Part shown: positions 63,964 through 64,000 of the stretch, in pieces
How the letters are laid out: every line of letters begins with the position of its first letter
Numbering within the stretch: the first letter of the stretch is position 1
From: Octopus bimaculoides
Lineage: Eukaryota
DNA length: 64,000 nt
Assembly (NCBI RefSeq): GCF_001194135.2
Contig: NC_069001.1
Location: 33,523,285-33,587,284, forward strand
Direction: 5' to 3'
Notes under the pieces: generated by a model
Told to the model about the DNA's origin: nothing
Database searches by the model: none
The model's input: only the letters and a program-made list of their open reading frames with translations
Program-made: the position numbers and the translations under genes

Positions 63964-64000
<37 letters not shown>

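Overview
This is AT-rich, repeat-saturated animal genomic DNA from a draft assembly: 18 N-gaps totalling about 6 kb, many flanked by microsatellites. The interspersed repeats and extreme (CA)n/(TACA)n/(GA)n/(TA)n density point to a coleoid cephalopod, most likely Octopus; this is an inference. I could not identify any host protein-coding exon, rRNA, true tRNA or CRISPR array, so the window reads as intergenic or deep intronic. Almost all supplied ORFs are translations of microsatellites or N-gaps. Recognisable content is a transposon graveyard. Coding remnants: L1/Tx1 endonuclease (1-345), irritans-type mariner (8983-10052), Helitron Rep (16008-16633), CR1/L2-like RT (20300-20800), HERO-like RLE LINE (29090-29515), R4/Dong-like RLE LINE with a 5' inversion (51660-52590) and a Charlie-type hAT transposase (60174-61736). 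Non-coding elements: a hAT MITE and a GG-ended MITE, both with exact 8-bp TSDs, plus dozens of SINE-like copies. The most notable structures are (1) a ~890-bp fold-back whose inner 129-bp arms are 126/129 identical (16835-17725), (2) a Merlin-like MITE carrying a perfect 52-bp telomere-repeat palindrome (33887-34524), (3) the inverted RLE LINE with twin-priming geometry, and (4) recurrent head-to-tail arrays of one tRNA-derived SINE. I found no convincing new multi-gene system.
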